Below, one piece after another: positions 52,919-64,000 of a DNA stretch of 64,000 bases. This DNA is from the human T2T-CHM13v2.0 reference genome, Homo sapiens. The DNA is taken from the NCBI RefSeq assembly GCF_009914755.1, contig NC_060927.1; one strand, given 5' to 3'. The notes under the pieces were generated by a model that searched no databases, was not told the DNA's origin, and worked only from the letters and a program-made list of their open reading frames with translations. The stretch's first letter is position 1; every line of letters begins with the position of its first letter. Both the position numbers and the translations under genes were made by a program.

Positions 52919-55168
52919 TGTATTAGTTTGTTTTCATGAAGACATACCCAAGACTGGGCAATTTACAAAAGAAAAGTTTATTGGACTTACAGTTCCATGT
53001 GGGTGGGATGCCTCACAGTCATGGTGGGAGGTGAAAGGCATGACTAAAATGGCTGCAGAAATGAGAAGAAAGCTTGTGCTTGGAAGTTCCCGTTTATAAA
53101 ACCATCAAATTTTGTGAGAACTCACTATCATGGGAACAGTATGGGAGAAACCTCCCCCATGATTCAATTTTCTCCAATGGCCCTCATCTTTGACATGTGG
53201 GAATTATTACAGTTCTAGACAAGATTTGGGTGGAGACACAGTCAAACCATATCATTCTACCCCTGGCCCCTCCCAAATCTCATGTCCTCACATTTCAAAT
53301 CCAATCATGCCTTTGTAAAAGTCCCCCCAAATATTGACTCATTTCAGCATTAACTCAAAAGTCCACAGTCCAAAGTGTCATCTGAGACAAGGCAAGTCCC
53401 TTCTGCCTATTGAGACTCTAAAATCAAAAGCAAGTAGGTTACTTCCCAGATACAATTGTGGTACAGGCATTGGATAAATACAGCCATTTCAATGGGAGAA
53501 ATTGGCCATAACAAAGGGGCTACAGGTCCCATGCAAGTCTGAAATCCAGCAGGGCAGTCAAATCTTAAAGCTCAAAAATGATCTCCTTTGACTCCACGTC
53601 TCATATCCAGGTCACACTGATGCAAAAGATGGGTTCTTATGGTCTTCAGCAGCTCCACTCCTGTGACTTTTCAGGGTACAGCATCTCTCCCAGCTGCTTT
53701 TGTGGGCTGGTGTTGACTGTCTGCAGCTTTTCCAGGTGAACAGTGCAAGCTGTTGGTGGATCTACCATTCTGGGGTCTGGAGGATGGTGGCCCTCTTCCC
53801 ACAGCTCCACTAGGTGGTGCCCCAGTAGGGACTCTGTGTGGAGGCTCTGATCCCACACTTCCCTTCTGCACTGTCCTAGCAGAGGTTCTCCATGAGTGCC
53901 CCACCCCTGCAGCAAACATCTGCTTATGCATCTCCATACATCTGAAATCTAGGTGGAGGTTCCCAAACCTCAATTCTTAACTTCTGTGTACTCACAGGCT
54001 CAATGCCACATGAAAGCTGCCAAGGCTTGGGGCTTGCACCCTCTGAAGCCATGGCCCAAGCAGCACCTTGTCCCCTTTTAGCCATGGCTGGAGCAGCTGA
54101 AACGCAGAGTACCGATTCCCTAGACTGCACACAGAAGAGGGACTCTGGGACTGGCCCATGAAACCACCTTTTCCTCCTAGACCTCTGGGCCAGTGATGAG
54201 AGGGGCTGCCATAAAGACCTCCAACATGCCCAGGAGACATTTTCTCTATTGCCTTGGGTTTCACATTTAGCTCCTCAGTACTTATGCAAATTTCTGCAGC
54301 CACCTTAAATTTGTCCTCAGAAAATGGGATTTTTTTTTCTATTGCATTGTCAGGCTGCATATTTTCTGAACTTTTATTCTCTGTTTCCATTTTAAAATTG
54401 AATGTGTTTAACAGTACTCAAGTCACCTCTTGAATGCTTTGCTGCTTAGAAATTTCTTCCACCAGATACCCTAAATCATCTCTCTCAAGCTCAAAGTTCC
54501 ACAAGTCTCTAGGACAAGGGCAAAATGCCTCCAGTCTCTTTGTTAAACATAACAAGAGTCACCTTTGCTCCAGTTCACAACAAGTTCCTCATCTCTATCT
54601 CAGACCAATGTGGCCTGGATTTCATTGTCCATATCATCATCAGTATTTTGGTCAAAATCATTAAACAAGTCTCTGGGGAGTTCCAAACTTTCCCACATTT
54701 TCCTATCCTTTTCAGAGCCCTCCAAACTGTTCCAACCTCCACCTGTTACTCAGGTCCAAAGTCGCTTCCACATTTTCGAGTATGTTTTCAGCAGCACCCC
54801 ACTCTACTGGTACCAATTTACTGTATTGGTTCATTTTCACAGTGCTGATAAAGACAAACCTGAGACTGGGCAATTTATAAAAGAAGGAGGTTTATTGGAC
54901 TTACATTTTCACGTGGCTGGGGAGGCCTCACAATCATGGCAGAAAGTGAAAGGCATGTCTCACCTGGCTGCAGACAAGAGAAGAGAGCTTGTGCAGGGAA
55001 ATTCCTATTTTTAAAACAATCAGATCTTTTGAGAACTCACTATCATGAGAACAGTAAGGGGAAACTACACTCATGATTCAATTATCTCCAATGGGCCCTG
55101 CCCTTGACATGGGGATTATTACAATTCAAGGTGAGATTTGGGTGGGAACACAGAGCCAAACCGTATCA
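52919..55168 (-). mobile_element. Full-length THE1B/C MaLR (LTRs 52919-53254 and 54822-55168)
   Basis: Two direct LTRs plus THE1-int; TSD aaaca/aaacc; L1 resumes in register. Confidence 0.95.
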
Positions 55169-56323
55169 AAACCATAAAATTATATGAAAGTTAAAGAACC
55201 TGCTCCCAAATGACTTTTGGGTAGACAATGAAATTGAGTCAGAAATCAAGATATTATTTGAAACTTATTAGTTTCAAAGATACAATATACCCAGATCTCT
55301 GGAACACAAGTAAAATAGTGTTAAAAGGGAATTTTATAGCACTAAAAGTCCACGTCAAAAGGAAAGGTCTCAGAATAACAACCTAACATCACACTTAGAG
55401 GAACTACAGACACAAGGAAAAAAAAATTCCAAAGTAGCAAAAGGCAATAAATAAGCAAAATTAGAGCTGAACTTATGGAAATTGAGATGCAGAAATCCAT
55501 ATAAAAAAAGCAACGATTTTAGGAGTTGTTCCATTGAAAGAATAAATAAGATTGCTAGATTACTAGCTTGATTAATAAAGAGAAAAAACAGAGAAGACCC
55601 AAATAAACAAAATCAGAAATGACAAAGGGTACATTACCACTGACCCCAAAGAAGTACAAAAAACCCTTCAGAGACTACTATGCACACAAACAAGAAAACC
55701 TAGAAGAAACAAATAAATTTTTGGAAACACACAACCTTCCAAAATTTCTTGAACCAGAAAGGAATTGAATCCCTGAACAGTCCAATAATGAATTTCAAAA
55801 TTGAATCAGTAACAAAATGCCTTCCAACCAGGGAAAGCTCAGGACCAGATGGACTAAGAGCCAAATTATACCAGATGTACAAAGAAGAGTTAGAACCATT
55901 TCTACTGAAACTATTACAAAATGTTGAGGAGGAGAGATTCCTCCCTAACTCATCCTAGGAGGCCTGCATCATCCTGACACCAAAAACTGGCAGAGAAAAA
56001 AACAAAAATCAAAATTTCAGGCAAATATCCTGGATTAACATTAGTGCAAATATCCTCAACAAAATACTAGCAAACCAAATCGTGCAGCACATCAAAAAGC
56101 TAATCCACCATGATCAAGTTTTCATCCTTGAGGTGCAAAGTTGGCTTAAAATACAAAAGTCAATAAATGTGATTCATCACATAAACAGAACTAAAAACAA
56201 AGCCCACATGATGAAAAAAGGCCTTTAATAAAATTAAACATCGCTTCATGTTAAAAACCTTCCACAAACTAGGTATGAAAGGAACATACCTCAAAAAATT
56301 AAGAGCTATGTAGAGCCATGTAT

Positions 56324-57905
56324 TGTCACGGGATCCTCAGGGTGTTACTTTTCCAGCTGGAAACCTGTGTGGCTGGTGGTGCCTTCCCAAGTTTTGCTTG
56401 GGCCTGCTGGGTTTGTTCTGTCCACTCAACCTGGCAGGCTGCACTCAGCTTATGCTACTGGCCCAGATCCTGTGCCTGTCAAAGGCAAGCCAGGTGTGGA
56501 GTGGCAAGGGGTTTCTAAGTGAGTTCCAGCCACTGTACACAGCCACGTGTGCCAGCTGCAGCAGGGTGGACAGCTTCAGGGATTGGTGCAGGGGCCAGCT
56601 CTGTGCGAGGCAGAAGCTGGACCAGGCATACTGCAAGTAGCTTTCACTGTGAGCACTGGGGAATGTGGTGGCACCCAAAAGCTTGGAGACACTAGGAACA
56701 ATAGAGCCCCAAAGATGGTGTCACAGCCTTGGCTAAGGGAGTCCCTAGGTCTGGGCTCCCAAAAGGGCCACAGCTCTTCTCTCCTTCTTGTCACCTACAA
56801 CGTGGTGAGCAGGGGGCATTTCAGCCTGGTTTGTGTTACAGCTTTTTCAATCCTGCCATTCAGTGGGTCCTGAGTTCTTGCCCCATGTTCAGGAACAATG
56901 AGGTACATGGACAACTGGAGGATGAGCAAGGCAGACCTCCTTAATTGAGCAATGGAATAGCTCTCAGGAGACCCAAAGTCAGTAGCTCCATTCTGGAGCC
57001 AGGTCATTCTGAAGATTGTCCAGCTCTTGGAGGAGAGGAGACCCATAGTGGGTAGCTCCTTTCCACAGGCAGGTCATCCTGATAAATTGAGGAGACTAAA
57101 AATGGGTAGCTTCTTCCCAGAGCTGGTAGTCCCAACATCCTTGTGAGTCTGTCTCATACACCCTGAGTCCAGGGTTTTTATGGGCCCAGAAGGGAGGAAG
57201 TGTGTGTTGACGGGTTCGCAGGCAGGCCCAGGAAAAGTACTATAATTTCTCACTCCAGACCACGGACTCCACTTGGAACTGGCAGCCCAGCTCTCAGGCT
57301 TCAGGCTGTCCCTGGCTTGAAGGTGGGGTTTCACTAGCGACCCATCCTTTCCTTCCAGAAACTTGTCTCCCTCTCACAATCAACATGCCATCCACAGCAC
57401 CCAGCCTGTTTATGCTGAGGGGCACCTGCAGGCCCATGATGAGCTTCCCTCACCCCCCTTCAACCTTCTTTTGCTTCTTGACACCCAAAGTCTGGAGGGG
57501 GTCAAGGCAGCAGGGGCTGGAATGTCAGCACCACCCCATGTGTGCACACACCTGCCCAGATCTCAATAGTGCCTGGGCTTGGCCACATATTCGCTCCACA
57601 CTGGAATGGGCACCAGGAACAGGGAGATGCCAGAGAATGGGAGAAAGCACTTCTGAGCCTGCACGGGCAGGGATTTTTCCAGGCCCCGGAAAATGCAGGA
57701 ATGCCTGGGTCCAGAGCCACTGCTGGGCAGCTGCAGCTGTGTCCAGGAGCATGGGGCTACTGCCCCACCAACTCAGTAGGGGGAGGGGCTCTTTTCTGTT
57801 CCAGGCCCCCTCTGACTCCACAGAGCACAGAACCCTGGCCACACCTCTTGTGCTGCAGCTGGCATCCCCACAGTGGCTGCTCCAGACAGGCCGCCACCGC
57901 CATCA
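56324..57905 (-). mobile_element. MER52A-type ERV1 solo LTR
   Basis: The minus strand starts TGATGGCGGTGGCGGCCTGTCTGGAGCAGCC and ends GGATCCCGTGACA; ~1.58 kb, GC-rich; L1 ORF2 continues on both sides. Confidence 0.88.
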
Positions 57906-58479
57906 TAATGACAAACCCACAGCCAACACCATACTGAATGAGCAAAAGCTGGAAGCATTCTCCTAGAGAACCGGAAAAAGACAAAGATGCCCATTCTCAC
58001 TGCTCCTATTCAGCATAGTCCTGGAAGTCATAGTCAGAATGATGAGGCAAGAGAAAGAAAACACAATCAAATAGGCCAAGAGAAAGTAAGAAAAATTCTG
58101 TCTGTAGATGATATGATTCTATACCAAGAAAATCCCACCCAAAAGAGTGTATGTATTCTCTGCCCAAAAGCTCTTAGATCTGGTAAACAACTTCAGCCAA
58201 GTTTCACTATACAAAATTAATGTACCAAATTCAGTAGCATTTCTATACACCAACAATATCCAAGCTGAGAAACAAATCAGGAATGCAATCCTATTAACCA
58301 TAGCCACAAAAAGAAAAAAATACCTAGGAATACCTCTGACCAGGCAGGTGAAAGACCTCTACAGCAAGAATTAGAATAACTAATTATAATTACAACTAAT
58401 TCAACTAGTCAATAAAATCAGAGATGAAACAAGCAAATGGAAAAATATTCCATGCTCACAGAATGTATTGAGCTCATGG

Positions 58480-58587
58480 ATACACCCTTTTGGATAGGAT
58501 TTTCTTGGTATGGAATCATATCATCTACAAACAGAAATTGTTTTGCTTTCTCTTTGCCTATTTGATTGTGTTGTCTTTCTCTTGCCT
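58480..58587 (-). repeat. Inverted duplicate of 58045-58152
   Basis: Ungapped 97/108 identity by hand alignment. Confidence 0.92.
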
Positions 58588-60149
58588 TATGCTCAATATT
58601 GTTAAAATATCCATTCTGTTCAAAGCAATCTATAGATTAAGTGTTATTCCTATCAAACTACCAATGACAGTCTTCATAAAATTAGAAAAAAAAACTATTC
58701 TAAAATAAATATGGAACCAAAAAAGAGCCCAAATAGCCAAGTATGCTACAAGATTACAGTAACCAAAAGAGCATGGTACTGGTACAAAAATAGACATACA
58801 GACCAAGGGAACAGAATAGAGAGACCAGAACTATAGCTGCACACCTATAGCTATCTGATTTTTGACAAATTTGACCAAAAAAGCAATGGAGAAAGGACTC
58901 CATATTCAGTAAATATGCTGGGATAACTGGCTAGCTATATGCAGAAGACTAAAACTGGGTCCCTTCCTAACACCATACACAAAAATCAACTTAAGATGGG
59001 TTTAAAACTTAAATGCAAAACCTCACACTATAAAAACCCTGAAACATAATCCAGAAAATACCATCCGGACATAGGCCCTGGCAAAGACTTTGGGATGAAG
59101 AAACCAAAAGCAATTGTAACAAAAATAAAAATTGACAAATGAGGTGTAAACTAAACGACTTCTGCACAGCAAAATAAACTATCAACAGAGTACAGAGACA
59201 ACCTACAAAAAGGGAGAAAATGTTTGCAAACTATGCATCTGACAAAGGTCTAATATCCAGAATGTATAAGGAACTTAAATTAACAAGTGAGTAACATATA
59301 ACCCTATTAAAAATGGGCAACAGACATAAACAGACACTTAATAAAGAAGAAGTACACACAGCCAACAACCATATGAAAAAATCTCAACATCACTAATCAT
59401 TAAAGAAATTCAAATCTAAACCACAATGAGATACCATCTCACACAAGTCAGAATGGCTATTACTAAAAAGTCAAAAAATAACAGATGTAGGTGCGGCTGT
59501 GGCGAAATGGGAATGCTTGTACACTGTTGGTGAGAGTGTAAATTAGGTCATCCACTGTGGAAAACAGTGTGGCAACTTTTCAAAAAACTTAAAACAGAAG
59601 TACCACTTGACCCAGCAATCCATTATTGGGTATATATCCAAAGCAATATAAATCATTCTACCATAAAGACACATGCAGTTGTATGTTCATCACTGCACTA
59701 TTCACACTAGCAAAAACATGGAATTAACTTAAATACCCATCAATGGTAGACGGGATAAAGAAAATGTGGTATATAGACATCATGGAATGCTATACAGGCA
59801 AAGAACAAGATCGTGTTCTTTGTCACAATGTGAATGGAGCTGGAGGACATAATCCTAAGTGAACTACTGCAGGGACAAAAAACCAAATAACGCATGTTCT
59901 CACTCACAAATGGGAGCTAAACTTTGCATATACATGGACAAAAGGAAAAGAATACCAAACACGAGGGCCTACTTGAAGGTGCAAGTTTGGAAGAGGGAGA
60001 GGATCAAATGACTGTCAGGTACTATGCTTATTACTTGGGTGACAAAATAACTTCTACACCAAACTCCCATGACACAGTTTATTGATTTACCAAAACTGCA
60101 CGTGTATCCCTGAACCTGAAATACAAGTTTAAAGAAATCCTTCTATGCC

Positions 60150-60325
60150 TCTTCATGGCTATGTGACTTTGGATAATCTATTTAAATTATTTGTGATTCA
60201 GTTTTCTCTTTCATATAATGCAAATAATAATAATGATACCTACTTCATAAGGATGTGAGTATTCAACACATTATGTGGTAATTACAGCACGCAGTTCACA
60301 AACAGTGATAAAAAAGTTAACAATA
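60150..60325 (+). mobile_element. MIR
   Basis: ctatgtgactttggataa, tcagttttctc..tataatg, ataatgatacctacttcataagg. Confidence 0.75.
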
Positions 60326-60659
60326 ATTATTTTAATTATTTTTTAAAATCTGCAGCACAAAGAATAAGTATAGAAGAATATGATGCAGATTTGAGAAGGC
60401 TAGAAAGATCATGTGGCCGGCATAGTCCATTTTTTTCATGCAAAAGTGTTTTCATTTGACAATTTTATAAAGACTCATACATTTAGATCTTCAACCTCCT
60501 GTCAGACACATCCCTGTGTCATAGTTATGTCACACAAATATGCTCTACTATTCCCAAACCTATACAATACAATCTCTATTATCAGTGGTGAGAGTCATTG
60601 CAATTGTCTACATCTTTACTATCTATTCATTCCAAATAGTCATTTTTAAAGTCAAATTG

Positions 60660-61625
60660 TTCCATTGGCAGATTAAATTATATACAGAAAATGCTAAAAT
60701 AATACATTAAAAACTATTAGAACTAATACATAAATTCAGTAAATTTGCAGGATATAAAGCCAACATGCAAAAATCAGTAGCATTTCTAGATAAACATAGT
60801 GAACAACTGAATAAGAAATCAAAAAAGTAACCCCATTTACAACAGCTACCAATCAAATAGAATACCTAGCAATAAATTTAACCAAGCAGATAAAAGATCT
60901 CCACAATGAAACTACAAAACATTGGTGAAATAAATGGAAGAGAAAAGATATAAATTAGAAGATATCCTATGTCCATAAATTAGAAGAATTTATATTGCTA
61001 AAATGTCCATAATTCCCAAAGCAATTACAGATTTTGTGCAATCCTCATCAAAATACCAATGACATTCTTCACAGAAGTAGAAAAAACAATATTAAAATTA
61101 ACCACAAAAGTCTTCAAATAGCCACAGAAATCTTGAGCAAAAAGAACAAAGCGAGAGGCATCACACTGACTTTAAAATATACTACAAAGCAATGGCAACC
61201 AAAACAGTATGGTACTGGCATAAAAACAGACACATAGAAAAATAGACCAGAAAAACAAACACATATTAAAACATTAAATATGTATGTAAATCTATATATT
61301 TACAGCCAACTGATCTTCAACAAAGGTGCCAAGGACACACATTGGGGAAAGCACAGTTGCTTCAATAAATGGCACTGGGAAAATTGAATATCCACATTCA
61401 GAAGAATGAAATTAGACCCTAATTTCTCACCACTTACAAAAATCAACTCAAAATGTATTAAAGACTTAAGTATAATACCATAAACTATAAAACTATTAGA
61501 ATAAAAAATTGAGGGAAAGTTTTAGAACATTCATTCTGGCAAGGATTTTTTAATAAGACCTCAGAAGCTTAGGCAACAAAAGCAAAATGAAGTTACATCA
61601 AGCCAAAAAGCTTCTGCACAGGAAA
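60660..61625 (+). mobile_element. L1M/L1PB ORF2 fragment
   Basis: aaattcagtaaatttgcaggatataaa, aaaacagtatggtactggcataaaaacagacacataga, aaaagcttctgcacag. Confidence 0.85.
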
Positions 61626-62849
61626 GGTGGTTGTGCTATGGGTTAGAAATTTGGATTACTGCTGTTTTGTGAATAAAAATAAGTATTCCTTTGGTCAAAT
61701 TTTGTCCCATTGACTTTAGTCATTTATTATAATTAGAAGTAAGGTTTTTATTAATAATTTTATTTCCAAATTTTTATTAAATTGAAAGGAAGTAGATCCA
61801 TATTTTAACTTAAATGTAATTTTCAATATTGTGGTTGCATAGATATACATGTAATAAGTAAGCTAAAAATAAATGTTTAAAAAATATTGGACCACTGATG
61901 AGAAAATTCTATCCTAAGATATTACCAAATAAAAACATTTCAGTACTCTAAGTTATATTGGAAAATTTATATAATAGCTTACATAGAAACACTACAAGTC
62001 AGATAAAATAAAAATCACATTATAATTTATGCTAACATAAAAGTGTATAACTACTTTAAAGGATGTATAAGTAAAAACATTAAGAATATTTCATACCTTC
62101 ACACAATTACAGCAAGATTCACATTACAAACTATAGGTCATGGATACAATAAAACAGGCAAATATGTCAATAGTTTAGTTAAAAATGAAGAAAAACTACA
62201 AGTTTTTAATCAGCAAAAAGTAACTTTGTTCCAGGTAGTTAGAAAGAATAGATTAAAACTAACCCTGTAACCAAGTTTATAAATAAAAATAATTTCATGA
62301 GACAGAAATGTGATATATCTAATTAACAAGGTTGTTCATATTTTAATTTTTATAGTGATAGTGATGAGTGATCATGTAGATGATCCCCATAAATATCTCC
62401 TTACAATTGTGAATCTATATGATTGAATCCATATTTATCTTAAATGAATATAGAAAAGTTTGCCTTTAATAAAATATGTTAAAGATACAATATACAGGAA
62501 AAACTTCAAAATTAAAAATTAGCCATTTTATGTATGTGTTTCAAAAGAGATGTTGGGCTTGTACCAAAATGTAAACATTTCAGACTTGTTAGGAAATATC
62601 CGTCAAATCTATCAGTGGTTTATATATTTTAATTTGTTGGTGACTACAACTTTGGCTTTTTGTCCAATGATTTATTCCTTTTGGCAATGAATCTCAGGTC
62701 TATTAGATTTATCATACAAAAATATTGTTCCTTCTCATCAATTTACTATTTAATGATACATGCTCTTTTCCTCAATTGTCCTTTATATATTCACACAGAA
62801 GTAGTTTGAAATATGTAGTGTTCTTAAGAAATTAATAACTTCAAATTAG

Positions 62850-63170
<321 letters not shown>

Positions 63171-63339
63171 TGTGGTTACTTTATATAAACATATATATAT
63201 ATGAATCATCATCCATGCCTCAAAATTAGAATCCCAGAAAGGAAGTTACCTAACATGACGTGTACTCAAGAAATCTGGCCAGCATGTTGATCAGGAATTA
63301 GAAAGGGACAAGAAAGGTACAAAGAGAAGAACAATTATC

Positions 63340-63780
63340 ACACAACTGGAAGAGTCTGAGTTGAAGGACCTCTGAATCTCTGTAGCAGCAGTAGATATGA
63401 AGGCTAGAGAGATGTAGGAAATAGGATCAATAAGATTTGAAAACTAATTAATTGTATTTCAAGAATGAGAGGAGATAAAGTTGGGAAAAAATGACTCAGA
63501 CGTTTCTAACTTAAAAAACTAGATGAAAAGAAAAACTCTACCTTACCAAACCTTTTGGGAGTTAGAAAAAATTATACATTTGTGTCCAAATATGTTTGAA
63601 GGCAAAATCTCTGTTAAAATCTAGTAGGTTTTGGATATATGGAGCCAAAATGCAGAACAGAAATTGGAGACAGAGATACAAATCTTGGTGAGAGCTGAAG
63701 CCTCAGGGTTGAATGTGTTTGCAAGGAAAAGTAAAGCATAGATGGGACTAATGACAGAGTGTGCCAATAACAGTCATGCA
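63340..63780 (-). mobile_element. L2 fragment
   Basis: aatgactcagacgtttctaactt, ttggatatatggagc, gagctgaagcc motifs. Confidence 0.55.
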
Positions 63781-64000
63781 AAATGGTAAAATTTTAGAGG
63801 CAGGCCAGGGAGAGCAATATATAAAAAGATGGAACAACAACAACAAAAAAAACAGTTATGTTGTTAAAACAAAAGAGGCAAATGATGTTAGGTGTGGTAA
63901 GTGGTCCCATTGGAAAAGATAGACCACAAATCTCTCCTGAAATATTAAATAAAGAAAATAAATAAGTCAAAAATTAATCCAAGATATAACCAGTAAGTCA

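Larger units (their letters stand above)
52192..59800 (+). pseudogene. Disrupted L1 ORF2p (endonuclease/RT), split by insertions
   Basis: ATG at 52192; EN and RT remnants ([52 protein letters not shown]); many stops and frameshifts. Confidence 0.9.
49810..60137 (+). mobile_element. Near full-length inactive L1 (L1PA16/L1P4-like) with nested THE1 and MER52A
   Basis: GC-rich repeat 5' UTR, ORF1 and ORF2 remnants in order, 3' end ctgcacgtgtatccctgaacct..aaa. Confidence 0.93.

Noticed and set aside
54913-54925. PRDM9 hotspot motif in a THE1 LTR
   Set aside because: It reads CCTCCCCAGCCAC on the minus strand, lacking the key T of CCTCCCTNNCCAC.
56318-58000. Dense overlapping ORFs up to 193 aa
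   Set aside because: They lie in the GC-rich MER52A LTR, where stop codons are rare; no protein homology.

Overview
This is AT-rich primate genomic DNA, almost certainly human: it contains an AluYa5 with all five diagnostic bases. It is intronic or intergenic in character and roughly half to two-thirds transposon-derived. I found no recognisable cellular protein-coding exon, RNA gene, CpG island or prokaryote-type system. The ORFs supplied are decayed L1/THE1/MER52/Alu reading frames, microsatellite translations or chance ORFs. Main contents: a near full-length dead L1PA16-like element (~49.8-60.1 kb) with a tandem-repeat 5' UTR, into which a full-length THE1 and a MER52A LTR are nested; two more full-length THE1 (LTR-int-LTR) elements, each inside an L1; several truncated L1s; about 10 Alus; and MLT1, MER44A, MER75, MER5A, Tigger3, L2 and MIR fossils. 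The most notable observations are at small scale. (i) A 382-bp TSD-flanked non-repeat retro-insert sits inside an L1. (ii) There are several locally templated insertions: a 108-bp inverted duplication in L1, a 133-bp copy of a neighbouring THE1 LTR carrying a DUX4 motif, and an internal L1 ORF2 patch in MER44A. (iii) A very young AluYa5 is present. (iv) There are candidate regulatory clusters (HNF4/HNF1/AP-1; STAT/NF-kB/TATA) and candidate non-coding exons. I do not see convincing evidence of a new multi-gene biological system. Subfamily calls come from recalled consensus features, not from a RepeatMasker run, and boundaries of old elements are approximate.
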